Of a stretch of 42,548 nt of DNA, positions 11,742 through 22,001 are shown in pieces. The stretch spans positions 85,285-127,832 of the IMG/VR virus record IMGVR_UViG_2597490295_000013; one strand, written 5' to 3'. This DNA is from a virus. Every line of letters begins with the position of its first letter. The stretch's first letter is position 1. The notes below the pieces were generated by a model. That model was not told the origin of the DNA. It saw only the letters and a program-made list of their open reading frames with translations, and did not search any database. Made by a program: the position numbers and the translations under genes.

Positions 11742-12887
11742 CTAATTATCAAAAATTTTTGAAAGCAAACAATCTTTAGAATCTATATCTTGGCTATCTA
11801 ATCGAAATCCATAACAACATCCAGCTTTACTATTTATATAAGGATGCCTTAAAGAATATTTACCTTCTTTTACTCCTGTTTCCATTGCACCAATTACAAG
11901 CGGTTTTCCTATAAATTTATTAGAATCTTCCTTAATTTCTTTCAAAAGTGCTTCAGTCAATCCTGAAGATACTGTTCCAATAGATATTAATTCACCATTT
12001 TCGTTGTAAGCGCCAATCTCGATGCTGCCTATCCAATCCATATGTGCTGCTTTTGTAATTGCATCCCCATTATCATCAAAGTAATTTCAAGCTTCTAGCT
12101 CTTTGCCTTCATAATAATAAGTTGGCTTACAAAATCTTAAACAAATTACATCCATATCAGCAAGTTCTTTCTTAAATTTAATCGTGTTTCAAGCGGGTCT
12201 CTTATTTGGAACTATAAACCCAAGTTTACTTTTTAATACAATTCCTTCTTCTTCCGCAGCAAACGTATCTGAAAGTAATTGTCCTAAGTCTTTTGTATAA
12301 GTTTCTGCAAATTCAACAAACATTTTTTCTTCGTTTGTAGCTTGTTTTTCAAAATTTTCTTTTATTCCATTTAATAGAACTATTCTTTCTTCAGTTTTTA
12401 TATTTAATTGCATTTCTTGCGCATAGATTGCGATGTCATGCACATAAAAATATAATTTAGAATTAGAATCATTCTCTTGCCGAGCAACTGCTTTTAATGG
12501 CAAACAACCCATAATTTTAGTAACTTCATTAGAACCGCCTTTTCTTGAACATATTTCTCCTATCAAAACAGTTTCAACTGGTAAATACTTATTTAATATT
12601 TTTTTTATATGAGGAACATTCCCTAATTTTTCCGATAATAATCCAGTTTTTTTTGATACACTCTTACTAAAAAGATAAGAATTGTTCTCATGTTTTTCAT
12701 AGGAGTAATAATAACCATCCTTTTTAATCTGTGCAACGTATTTTTCATTTAAAAGTATCTCATTTTTTGTATGTTTCTTATTCTTTAAGCTTCAAATTTT
12801 CATTGGCATAATCATGCATGCTTCTGGATACAATTTGTCTATTTGTTCTCTTGTAAAATCATTTATTTTAACTCCTTGTAACTCCAT
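11742..12887 (-). CDS. ATP-dependent DNA ligase, 381 aa (TGA at 12792, 12189, 12087)
   Basis: Motif I QIKKDG, IGEI, VHDI, EGIVLK, KRPA(W)NTIKFK, OB domain GTVSSGL...SLRHP. One frame through three TGAs. Confidence 0.88.
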
Positions 12888-12906
12888 AATGCCTCCTAAT
12901 TATTTT

Positions 12907-13716
12907 TTATATTTCTCCTCTTTTCTTCTTGCAATAATCACATTGACATACTTCTTCTTGAATTTCTTCTGTCTCTTTTTCAGTTTCTTTAACTTCTTCT
13001 TGAACTTTTTCTGTCTCTTTTTCAGATTCTTTAGATACTTCTTCTTTAACTTCTTCAGACTCTTTGGGTTCTTCATTTTTTTCTTCTTCCTTTGCCATTG
13101 CTTTAATAGCATCTATAATTTCTTTTGGTACTTTAGCTTTTTCTTTCTTTGCTTCTTTATCCATTTCTTCTAAATCATAAATAAAATCACAAATTCCTAC
13201 TGATAACGCTTCTTTAGGATCCATGTATAATTGTAGGTCTTCTCTATATATTCTATTTATAATTTCATTAGAAAGATTACATTCTTTTTGAGTAATTTCT
13301 ATTAACTGTAAATACATACGATTATATTCTTCGTTAAAATTATGCACTTCATAAGGAGTACCTACTACTCCCCATTTTGGTGAATGGAATAAGAATGTTG
13401 TATAAGGATAAACTACTCTATATCTACCACCTAAATAAATTAACAATGCAGCACTACCTACCATACCACTCCCTATAGTTATTACTGGAGTTACACTATT
13501 TTTTATAGTTGAGTACAATGCCATTCCATCATAAATACTTCCACCACCTGAATTAATATGTAAACTTATAGGTTGTGGTTTAAAAGTACGAGGTCCATTC
13601 CTTAACATCTCTTCATCATATCTATTAAGGATATTAATTCTTTCAATTATTTTAAATGCAATTTCTTTATTAACATCTCCGAATAGATATATATCTCTTT
13701 CAAAGTTAAATTCCAT
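12907..13716 (-). CDS. ClpP-like protease with acidic Glu/Lys-rich tail
   Basis: INSGGGS, GMVGSAA (catalytic Ser), FLFHSP (His), EALSVGICD. Confidence 0.8.
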   Translation of the reverse strand: MEFNFERDIYLFGDVNKEIAFKIIERINILNRYDEEMLRNGPRTFKPQPISLHINSGGGSIYDGMALYSTIKNSVTPVITIGSGMVGSAALLIYLGGRYRVVYPYTTFLFHSPKWGVVGTPYEVHNFNEEYNRMYLQLIEITQKECNLSNEIINRIYREDLQLYMDPKEALSVGICDFIYDLEEMDKEAKKEKAKVPKEIIDAIKAMAKEEEKNEEPKESEEVKEEVSKESEKETEKVQEEVKETEKETEEIQEEVCQCDYCKKKRGEI

Positions 13717-13789
13717 AATTATCTCCTTTTCTTTATTTAAATAAAATTAATTTATTCATTTACTATATTCATTATACCAAAATACAAAG

Positions 13790-13836
13790 AAAAACACAAG
13801 GAAATTAGCTTAATTCTATTAAATTCCTTGTGTTTT
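13790..13836 (-). terminator. Probable intrinsic terminator
   Basis: 13-bp inverted repeat AAAACACAAGGAA/TTCCTTGTGTTTT. Confidence 0.5.
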
Positions 13837-13863
13837 ATATAAAATTTATAGTATTAAATATTT

Positions 13864-14277
13864 TTAAGTTGTTAATGTTCCACTTAACAATCATTCATCA
13901 GTACCTATTTTTTTTAAGCATGCTGTTGAATATTGTCCATCTAATACTTTATTACTACCTTTTGAATTAATAGTTACTCCTGAACCTTCTACTAACGTAA
14001 CTGTACCAGCCCCATATTGAGTAATATCTATTTTATCTCCTATTGTGAAAGCAACACTTGAATTAGGTGGTACTGTTACATCTATTGCTGTCCCATTTGT
14101 GCAATTTAAAAATCTATCAACATCAGTTAATGCTAAATTTCTACCTGTGGAAACCTCGATTATTGTATCTATTGCTTCTAATATTGTTATATCATCATAT
14201 ACTTCTGTGAAATTTTCATTCAATTTTGTTCTAACTGATAATCCTTTCTCATTATTATTTATTACTTGCTTTGCCAT
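13864..14277 (-). CDS. Virion or tail-associated-like beta protein (TGA at 13891)
   Basis: RTKLNENFTEVY N-terminus and VTVPPNSSVAFTIGD...KIGTDE(W)LLSG C-terminus resemble phage structural domains. Confidence 0.6.
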
Positions 14278-14287
14278 TTATTTCCTC

Positions 14288-14419
14288 CTAATCTATCCAG
14301 CTAGATAAGTCATTCCATACTCCGTTATCAATTCAATAACTTGTTGCTAATATTCAAGCAGACAGAATAATCTGAATTCCTAATGGAAATCCTGATTTTC
14401 TAATTCCTATATTAAACAT
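14288..14419 (-). CDS. Small Trp-rich protein, 43 aa (TGA at 14354, 14333)
   Basis: GGAGG RBS; (W)ILATSY(W)IDNGVWNDLSSWID has regularly spaced Trp from both TGA and TGG. Confidence 0.6.
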
Positions 14420-14428
14420 TTCTTCCTC

Positions 14429-14701
14429 CTAACCAATCAACCATACTTCACCAGCTATAGCAGTGACATTATAAATATACATTGGATAATTTCCTGGTTG
14501 TAACACTTTTGAAGTGAATGTAGTAATTTTAGTTCCATCACCTTTACGCCAAGAAGTAGAAAATGTTACCGTAGCTTCTGCCATTATAATCATTAATCCA
14601 TATTTATGACCTGAAATTCCTGATCTATTTAATGGATCTACATCTGCAGAATTTAAATAAGTTATATCTAATCCATATCCTGTTAATAATTCAAAATTCA
14701 T
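14429..14701 (-). CDS. Hypothetical protein
   Basis: 90 aa ORF with RBS. Confidence 0.55.
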   Translation of the reverse strand: MNFELLTGYGLDITYLNSADVDPLNRSGISGHKYGLMIIMAEATVTFSTSWRKGDGTKITTFTSKVLQPGNYPMYIYNVTAIAGEVWLIG

Positions 14702-14778
14702 ATATTTTTCCTTTCTTAAATAGTTTCCAATCCTATTCTAAGTATACCAAATTTATACAATAAACGCAAGAAGACTAG

Positions 14779-14967
14779 TTACAATAAGTCTCTAGTATTC
14801 TTTTTATGTTTTTGTTTACGAGTATAGTCTTTTTTAGATTTATGACGACCTGTTCCCATTCTTACAACATCCATATGCTTTCCTGCTTTTCCTGGAGAAT
14901 TTTTAAGTAAATCTTCTCTAGAAAATACACCGACCTTAATTTTCTTATTGCTTTTTTTCCTGTTCAT
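14779..14967 (-). CDS. Small basic protein with ArfA-like C-terminal motif
   Basis: HKSKKDYTRKQKHK; start placed at ATG 14967. Confidence 0.5.
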   Translation of the reverse strand: MNRKKSNKKIKVGVFSREDLLKNSPGKAGKHMDVVRMGTGRHKSKKDYTRKQKHKKNTRDLL

Positions 14968-15000
14968 GATTTTACCCTTTCTATAGTAAAAATACAAGGA

Positions 15001-15516
15001 TTAATCAAATCCTCGTATTTTTTTTATCTCCATAAAATCAATAGGAGTGTAATTTATATTTTCTACTGATACATTAAAATAATTATTCTCATTAATTTCC
15101 ATATCATTCCTATACCCATTATTGTGTATGTGACCATGTATATTTAAAAATGGAGTTCCATTCGCAAATTTTATTGGTTCATGTGATAGTAAAAAGAATT
15201 TTTTATATAGTATTGGATATCTATACACTTCTTTAAAACCAAGAGAAAGATAATATGTGATACTATATTTATCATGGTTTCCCATAATTAATACTTTATT
15301 ACCATTTAATCTTCTAACTAGTTCTTTACCTACTTCTTGTTTACCAAGAAATAAATCTCCTAAAAAGAAAACTTTATCTTCTTTTTTAATTGTTTTATTC
15401 CAATTTTTAATTATTGTTTCATTCATTTCTTCTACATCTTTAAATGGTCTGTCGCAATATTTAATAATATTTGTATGGAAGAAGTGGGTATCTGAAATAA
15501 ACCACACTTTTGACAT
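15001..15516 (-). CDS. Calcineurin-like metallophosphoesterase
   Basis: SDTHF, LGD, GNHD, SHEP, HGHIH. Confidence 0.88.
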   Translation of the reverse strand: MSKVWFISDTHFFHTNIIKYCDRPFKDVEEMNETIIKNWNKTIKKEDKVFFLGDLFLGKQEVGKELVRRLNGNKVLIMGNHDKYSITYYLSLGFKEVYRYPILYKKFFLLSHEPIKFANGTPFLNIHGHIHNNGYRNDMEINENNYFNVSVENINYTPIDFMEIKKIRGFD

Positions 15517-15535
15517 AAAATCCCTCCTTTGCTGT

Positions 15536-16081
15536 TTACCACTTGCTGTATTTATCAGCGTACCCTGAAGCAGCGTAAGAATCTGGTTTAATTTTTACGT
15601 CGACTCCCATAGCTCTGAACATATTGTATACTTCTTTAATGAACTTTTTTGTTTCTCCATTTCGCCCTATGTCTACATGCGGTACTAATAAAAATTTTGC
15701 ACCACTATATATATGATCAATAGTTAACTCTAATACTTTTTCTGTTATATCTGATTCAAAAAATTGATAAGCAAGCATTTGAGTTAAATGACATTCAGTC
15801 ATAATTTTTTCTTTTAATTGAGAATATCGTCTTTTTTCTACTTGTACATATCTCCAGCCTCAAGCACCTTGTCCAACTCTGTGCAAATGTACAACAGTTA
15901 CAAATTTAGTAGCATCAGCCTTTGGTTTAACTTGTGAGTCTGTCCCAACAGAAAGGACATATTCTAAATCTGGTCTCTCTGCAATTATATCTAATATTTC
16001 TTGTTCCATTTCTGAGAAAGTTACTTTTTCACCTTTTCCATTAATAAATATAGCCTTTGAAAATCCTGTGCTCCAATCCAT
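15536..16081 (-). CDS. RNase H-like YkuK/DUF458 family protein (TGA at 15860)
   Basis: VGTDSQ...HRVGQGA(W)GW joins in frame to HVDIG...IKPDSYAASGYADK. Confidence 0.8.
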
Positions 16082-16101
16082 TTGTCTGTCTCCCTTCCAC
16101 T

Positions 16102-16428
16102 TTATTCTTCTTTAAATTCTATTCCTTCGTCCATCGCTTTAATAAATTCTTCTTCATCTATCCACCAAATGAAACCTGAAAGATCTCAACCCGCACTTTT
16201 ACCGCATTCTTTACAAAGTTTATATATTCTTCATCCCGAATCTGTATGAGTTGTCCATCTAGTACCATGTATAGTTATTGATGTGCATCTAGATTTTTCT
16301 CCAACATAAATTATAAAATAAGTATATTCATGGATATGATTACTTTTTTTTGTTTTTATTTTCTTTGATATTTTAAATCTTTTATTATCTTTAGGTTCTT
16401 CTGCAAACATAACTAATCCTTTTTTCAT
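16102..16428 (-). CDS. Hypothetical protein with CxxC (TGA at 16231, 16186)
   Basis: KKSNHIHEY...CKECGK; read-through ends at TAA 16102, just before the next RBS. Confidence 0.6.
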
Positions 16429-16440
16429 GTGAACACCTCC

Positions 16441-16827
16441 TTATTTATATAATTTTAAATGTCCTGTTATTTCATCAATATCACAGTTAAAATCTGGACC
16501 TATACCCAGGCAAGTTGCAGTACCTGGTTCAACTTCTGTTCTGCCATCATCCACGATCAAAGCGCATGACATCCCTTTGCTCTTGGCTATTTTATATAAA
16601 GCTAACAATTCTTCTTCACTATTTACTTGTAAAACTATTTTAGTAAAATCTTCTGCTAGCCATTTATATGCTGCTGATTTTTCTTTTAATTTAAAAATTG
16701 TATCTGTCCTTGATTCTCTTATTTCGTCCAAGAGTGCACCTAATGATGCATGTGAAACTTGTGCGGCTAACTTTCCTGGAGACATATTCAAATCTTTTCT
16801 AGCAACAATTACTTGTTTCACTTTCAT
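16441..16827 (-). CDS. Peptidyl-tRNA hydrolase, Pth2 family
   Basis: KQVIVARKDLNMSPGKLAAQVSHA, KIVL, DDGRTE, TCLGIGP, ITGHLKL. Confidence 0.92.
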   Translation of the reverse strand: MKVKQVIVARKDLNMSPGKLAAQVSHASLGALLDEIRESRTDTIFKLKEKSAAYKWLAEDFTKIVLQVNSEEELLALYKIAKSKGMSCALIVDDGRTEVEPGTATCLGIGPDFNCDIDEITGHLKLYK

Positions 16828-16865
16828 AATTCCTCCTGTTTTATAATTTATTTAACTTAACTTAT

Positions 16866-16953
16866 TGGCGGAGATACTGGGAATCGAACCCAGGCGAGTG
16901 TTACCTCGACGACGGTTTAGCAAACCGCTACATTACCTCTCTGTCATATCTCC
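16866..16953 (-). tRNA. tRNA-Ser(GCT)
   Basis: Cloverleaf, loop TTGCTAA, long variable arm, encoded CCA. Confidence 0.9.
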
Positions 16954-16980
16954 GTATAAGGGAGAATAGTCTCCCTAATT

Positions 16981-17382
16981 TTAACCTATTTTTTCAATAG
17001 TTTTTCCATTATCGTTCATTAAAAATCCTGAATTATTAAATACTAACATATGTCTTATATCATTTTCTGTATAAAATAAGACTCTAATATAACCTCCAAA
17101 TGTTTCATACATGTTTTTTATAATAAAAGACGTCTCAATTGCTATTTTAGAATATCTTACAGATTCTTCTCCATTGATTGTTTCAGCTTCAAACTTAATT
17201 TGATCAAATATTTTATAATATATTTGGTCTTCTACTGAATCACCAACATTATCTGTATATTTTTCCTTTTCCCATCTTTTATTCGCATTTAAAATTAAAT
17301 CACCTGAAAGCTTGTTAACTCATTTTACATCTGTTGCATTGTCAATGTAATTCCATCCCTCATAATAATACTTAATAATCAT
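16981..17382 (-). CDS. Hypothetical protein (TGA at 17320)
   Basis: AAGGAG RBS; 133 aa with read-through, ending FLMNDNGKTIEKIG. Confidence 0.65.
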
Positions 17383-17415
17383 GTTGTTCTCCTTTTCTAG
17401 TTTCTATCTTCCTGT

Positions 17416-17847
17416 CTATATACTATCACAGTTTCTACGCTGTGTAATAGCTAATTTATTCCTGATATTGTAAAGTATATCAACTATACTTATTAATTCT
17501 GTTTCAGTATCTCTCTCAAATAATTGGTCATTATTATAATTTAATTTTCAAATTCAATTAGATGAAATTTTATTTCCATCTTTTCTAACTCATTTATTAA
17601 AACTACCTTTATAACTATCACAAGTTAATAATATATAAGCTATATTTTCTATTTCTTTATCAGATATATTTTCATCAAATATTACATATGGATATTCATA
17701 AGATTTATGTCCTTGACAACAAAATATTGTTTTCATGCCAATAATATTAAATGCACCTACGATATCCCACATCATTTCATCAATTTCTTTAAATGGAATG
17801 TTTTTAAATCTATCTTGCAAATATCCTTCTTTAAAATAATGTTTCAT
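17416..17847 (-). CDS. Hypothetical protein (TGA at 17590, 17554)
   Basis: KTIFCCQGH...PYVIF motif; extends to TAG at 17416. Confidence 0.6.
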
Positions 17848-17879
17848 ATTATTACTCCTCTTTTTATTTAAGATTAATT

Positions 17880-18332
17880 TTAAAAATTATCAAGTAAATT
17901 ATTTGCGTATTCATTAGCATCATCTTCCTGCTCATTTTTACTAGCACTAACAAACCAGTCATTTTTAATTAAATATTGATATTGATGCCTAGCTTCATGC
18001 AATGTAACTCTAAGCAATATTTTTTTAAGAGCTTTGTTTCTTTTACGTAATCCCTTAATATTATTTACATGTCTTTTCTTTGTATTGCCATATAATATTA
18101 TAAAATTACGAGGTTCATATATCTTATTCTTATAATAGGCTGAACCACTAACTTCTGTTTTCAAATGCCTGTATAAAATATTAAATGTTTCTATTTTAAA
18201 TATATAGGAATACTTTATGATATCTAACCAATTCCAAACAAATACTATTGGTATGTTTCTATCAATGTGTATTGTATTCAATTCATTAAAACTTTCTTCA
18301 ATACATTCTAAATCATTATAAAATTTAAACAT
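17880..18332 (-). CDS. HExxH zincin-like protein
   Basis: LHEARHQYQ...EDDANEYA. Confidence 0.55.
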   Translation of the reverse strand: MFKFYNDLECIEESFNELNTIHIDRNIPIVFVWNWLDIIKYSYIFKIETFNILYRHLKTEVSGSAYYKNKIYEPRNFIILYGNTKKRHVNNIKGLRKRNKALKKILLRVTLHEARHQYQYLIKNDWFVSASKNEQEDDANEYANNLLDNF

Positions 18333-18420
18333 TATATTCTCCTTTAAATTTTAGTTAAACTCCAATTGAATAACTATAGAACTATATCTATTTATTCTCA
18401 TTTGTTTACCTTGTATGTAA

Positions 18421-18548
18421 TGGACCAGATTTAGGGAGTTGAACCCCTTCATGGGTGAGTAATTAAGTCACTGAGATAGCTAAGAACCGTCTATGAAATT
18501 TTATAAAGTAGTCGACTTTTTTATAAAATTTCATGCTATCAAATCTGG
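18421..18548 (-). ncRNA. tRNA-like RNA with a hairpin inserted in the D-arm region
   Basis: Acceptor CCAGATT/AATCTGG + TCCA, T-loop TTCAACT, GATAGC/GCTATC stem enclosing a 15-bp hairpin. Confidence 0.6.
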
Positions 18549-18553
18549 ATATA

Positions 18554-18628
18554 TGGAATGTCTGACGAGATTTGAACTCGTATAAAATGCCTTCGTAGGA
18601 CATTGCCTTTCCATTAGACTACAGACAT
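18554..18628 (-). tRNA. tRNA-Arg(ACG)
   Basis: Cloverleaf, loop CTACGAA, CCA. Confidence 0.85.
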
Positions 18629-18670
18629 ATATATTGAGCGTTTAATCTTACCACACTCAAAGATTTATTA

Positions 18671-19447
18671 TTAATATTCTTTGCTAGTGAAATATTCTTC
18701 ATTAGTTTTATTTATTAGATAAGCATTATGTTCTAATGCGATAGAATCTGTACTTGTGTCTACAATAATCCATTCTCCATCAATAAAAACTTCATTCCAA
18801 CCATGATAAACTGGAGTATATACAGTATATCCTTTTATATATTTAGTAGGAATATCAACTGCTCTTAACATAACTGCTGTTAAAGTTGCAAAATCAGAAC
18901 AAATTCCTTTACCTGTTTCTAATATATCATCTGCTTTTGGAATATAATTTCTTGGTAAATTATTAATATTTTCAAGTTTTTTATAATCATACGTTATATT
19001 ATTAATTATATAATCATAAATAATTTCAAATTTTTCTTTATCTGTTTCAATATCTTTAGTTAATTTTTTTGCTAAAATTACTGCTTTTAGTTCATCATTC
19101 CAAGAAATGAGTTGATGTGAACTTAAAAATACTTCTTCTTCATTTACATCTATATTAATACTTTTCTTAGATATTACTTTACCTCTTCTGTTTTCAATTG
19201 TTAATAAAGTAATTATATAATCTCCATCACCCATTTGTATTGGCAATGAGATAGTTTCTGCACCAATAAAATATAAATAATTTACTGTATCTTTTTCAAC
19301 GACAACTACAAAATTAGTTTCTTCATAATTACTAGTATCAATTATAATTGTATCGTCGTTAATGCCAATATCTATTTCTGCAACGCAACCAAAAGCAAAG
19401 GTAATCAAAAGTATTAAAGCCATTATGCAAGCTAATATCTTTTTCAT
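18671..19447 (-). CDS. Transglutaminase-like exported protein
   Basis: Signal peptide; GICSDFA (Cys), HGWNEV (His), VDTS (Asp) triad. Confidence 0.8.
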   Translation of the reverse strand: MKKILACIMALILLITFAFGCVAEIDIGINDDTIIIDTSNYEETNFVVVVEKDTVNYLYFIGAETISLPIQMGDGDYIITLLTIENRRGKVISKKSINIDVNEEEVFLSSHQLISWNDELKAVILAKKLTKDIETDKEKFEIIYDYIINNITYDYKKLENINNLPRNYIPKADDILETGKGICSDFATLTAVMLRAVDIPTKYIKGYTVYTPVYHGWNEVFIDGEWIIVDTSTDSIALEHNAYLINKTNEEYFTSKEY

Positions 19448-19491
19448 ATAAAAACCTTCTTTCTTTTTATTATTTTCTTATTTCTATATAT

Positions 19492-19520
19492 ATTATATCA
19501 TATTTTTAATGCGGTGTCAA
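19492..19520 (-). promoter_or_regulatory. SigmaA-type promoter
   Basis: TTGACA-17-TATAAT with extended TG. Confidence 0.75.
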
Positions 19521-19530
19521 ATAATTTTGA

Positions 19531-19725
19531 TTATTGATTTTTAGTAAAGAAATTATATAATTTATCTCTTGTATCAATATCTATTTTTTCTCATACAGCA
19601 GATATATCATCAAGTATTTCTTCAAGTGACCTTATGTCACCATAATTATCACATAATGGTATATTTAAGTCTACTAATATCTCAATAATTTCAAGAATTT
19701 CAGGAGTATTAATATTTTTTAACAT
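19531..19725 (-). CDS. Hypothetical protein, 64 aa (TGA at 19591)
   Basis: Fills the gap after the glutaredoxin; RSLEEILDDISAV(W)EKI. Confidence 0.55.
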
Positions 19726-19727
19726 GT

Positions 19728-19973
19728 TTATCTCTCCAATTCTTCATTAATAACTTCTATTAGTTTGTTTAAATCTGAACCAAGAATAGGTCTGCCATTT
19801 ATAATTGTAACAGGAACAGACATAAAACCTAATTCCATAAGTTCTTTTCTATTATATTTATTGGCAATATTTCTTATTTCAAACTCAAATCCTTGTGTTT
19901 CTAAAAATTCTTTAACTATAGTACAATGATGACAATTTTTTGAACTATAAATAATAATTTCTATTTTTCCCAT
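19728..19973 (-). CDS. Glutaredoxin-like (NrdH-like) protein
   Basis: CHHC, SVPVT, thioredoxin-fold pattern. Confidence 0.85.
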   Translation of the reverse strand: MGKIEIIIYSSKNCHHCTIVKEFLETQGFEFEIRNIANKYNRKELMELGFMSVPVTIINGRPILGSDLNKLIEVINEELER

Positions 19974-19983
19974 AGTTTTCTCC

Positions 19984-20715
19984 TTAATTTTTAACTATAA
20001 ATAATTTTTCAACACTTTTTTTATGAGTGCCTTTGTTGTCTAATCCTACTTTATGTTCTTTACTCCAAATGCATTCAAAATTGTTTTCTGGCATTTGATA
20101 TTCACTAATAATAATTATATTATTCTTACTCATTTCTTTTGCTCATGCATAAAATTCTTCATAATTAAATTTTGGTTGTTCTGGATAACGCTTTGTGCTT
20201 CTATACGGAATATCACAATATATAACATAATTATTAATTTCTTCATTTGTGTATTCATTAAAATTTTTACAATAAAATTTTACATCTGTTAAATTTTTTC
20301 TTTGTTTTTCTATGTTCCTTATACCTTCATTTGGTATATCTCTAGGAGTTATTTTGTCTGCTTTAAATCCTCTTGCGAATCCTTGAAAATAACGAGAACC
20401 ATAGGTAGCGCAGAATCCAACTAATCCAATATACCAATTAGGGTAATTATTTTTATTATTTTTTACTTGTTTATATTCTTCTTCTGTTATTGTTGTCGGT
20501 AATGGATTATTTAATATTTTAATATAATTTAATAAAGCAATTAATTCTTTATGTATGTCTGAACCAATTTTATTATTATGATTTATTTTATCTATTACAT
20601 TCGCTCCACCTACGCATACTTCTAAATATCCATCACAATTACTATCATCTATAATTTCTTGAATTATTGGAATAATATATTTACAAAGTCTATTTTTACT
20701 GCCTACAAATTTCAT
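19984..20715 (-). CDS. DNA adenine methyltransferase, Dam/D12 family (TGA at 20143)
   Basis: MKFVGSK, EVCVGGA, YCDIPY, EEFYA(W), ISEY, VEKLF. Confidence 0.85.
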
Positions 20716-20725
20716 AATTCCCTCC

Positions 20726-20932
20726 TTAAAACACTGTTACTTCTTCTATTCCTTCTCCATTAATGATTGTATCAGATTTTGCTATAAATGTTGTAGTTCC
20801 TGATTTAGTTTTAACAGGTTCTCCATCAGGTTCGAATAATCTGAACATATCTAATTCTTTAATATCTATTGGAAGACATTCTTCTCAAGTAGAATTTATC
20901 CAATTAAATTTTTCAACTTTTCTCATTCTCAT
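20726..20932 (-). CDS. Hypothetical protein (TGA at 20885)
   Basis: RBS plus 68 aa ORF with read-through; DMFRLFEPDGEPV. Confidence 0.55.
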
Positions 20933-20985
20933 AGTTTTCTCCTTAAAAATAAAATAGCCTTGTCACGGATGATCAAGGCTTAGTC

Positions 20986-21059
20986 TGGTGCTCGATGAAA
21001 GAATCGAACTTTCATTTTAGGTATGTAACACCCATGTCCTCCCGTTAGACGAATCGAGC
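20986..21059 (-). tRNA. tRNA-Val(TAC)
   Basis: Cloverleaf, loop GTTACAT, CCA. Confidence 0.85.
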
Positions 21060-21208
21060 ATATGTAATGCCTAGTATTTTTCGTGGTGTACTAGGCAACA
21101 CCATCTTTTGGCAATAGCTCTGCGAATCAGACTGTCAAGGTTCCTCCCGGGTTAGCAATAGCTTTCCTTTTTTAAGGGAATTTTAAGACCTCCGGTCACA
21201 CAGGTCTA

Positions 21209-21282
21209 TGGCGGTTCTACAGAGAATCGAACTCTGATTTTTTGGCAGACAACCAATTGTAATACCATTATACTATAAAACC
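21209..21282 (-). tRNA. tRNA-Asp(GTC)
   Basis: Cloverleaf, loop TTGTCTG, G73, CCA. Confidence 0.85.
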
Positions 21283-21534
21283 AAGCTTTCTTACTCTTTT
21301 TATAAAGCGATGGTAAGAGACCCGCATATTTATTGGAAAACGCTTAAAACCAATTAATATATCAAGTTTAATATATTTGTAGATGACTTACATATATTAA
21401 ACGTATATTATTTTTTTTTCTGTTTAATCATCTTAGATGTATTCACATCTCTTCACAGAATCGTATTTTTTTGATTAGAGTTTTGACATTCTATCCATCG
21501 ATGAATAGTGTCTTAGACAGACTCTTACTGCCTT

Positions 21535-21610
21535 TGGAGCGAACAGTCAGAATCGAACTGACGGCATACTAGTTTTGCAGACTAGTCCCTGCCCATTTGG
21601 GGTTATTCGC
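21535..21610 (-). tRNA. tRNA-Cys(GCA)
   Basis: Loop CTGCAAA, U73, CCA. Confidence 0.85.
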
Positions 21611-21613
21611 ATA

Positions 21614-21707
21614 TGGCGGGCATCGGATACCGAATTTCACGGATAACTCTATTGTAATCGCAAGATATCATAACGAATTACAGAGACCACAATATATATG
21701 GGTGCCC
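21614..21707 (-). ncRNA. CCA-ended tRNA-like RNA without a canonical cloverleaf
   Basis: GGGCA/TGCCC acceptor-like stem + GCCA; long internal hairpin. Confidence 0.4.
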
Positions 21708-21823
21708 ATGTTTTGAATAAGATATTTGGGAGAAGAAACAACTATACTCATAAACGGGTCGTTCCTTACCTCGTTTTAAGGATTACAAGTTCTTTATCTC
21801 CTTTCCTAAATATCTTATTCAAT

Positions 21824-21899
21824 TGGTGGATTGAGAGAGATTTGAACTCTCGACCTCTGGTTCTTCAAACCAACACTCTTCCAACTGAGTTATCAATCC
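21824..21899 (-). tRNA. tRNA-Phe(GAA)
   Basis: Loop TTGAAGA, CCA. Confidence 0.9.
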
Positions 21900-21910
21900 A
21901 TATTCATTTC

Positions 21911-21981
21911 AAGACACTAATTTATATACAATCCATATTTGTATGGCTTAGCAGCCTGTTTTGATTTGCTGTATGTGTCTT
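21911..21981 (-). ncRNA. CAGCA-bulge stem RNA, copy 1 (putative Y-like RNA)
   Basis: AAGACAC-ATACAGCAA...GTGTCTT with two internal hairpins. Confidence 0.65.
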
Positions 21982-22001
21982 ATGAATTATTATTTTATAT
22001 C

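Noticed and set aside
251-12887. Fragmented replication genes as pseudogenes
   Set aside because: The breaks are in-frame TGAs, often at Trp-type positions, with intact motifs on both sides and a cognate tRNA present. Recoding explains them.
12900-13112. Lys-rich 70 aa ORF
   Set aside because: Alternate frame of the Glu/Lys-rich repeat tail of the ClpP-like gene.
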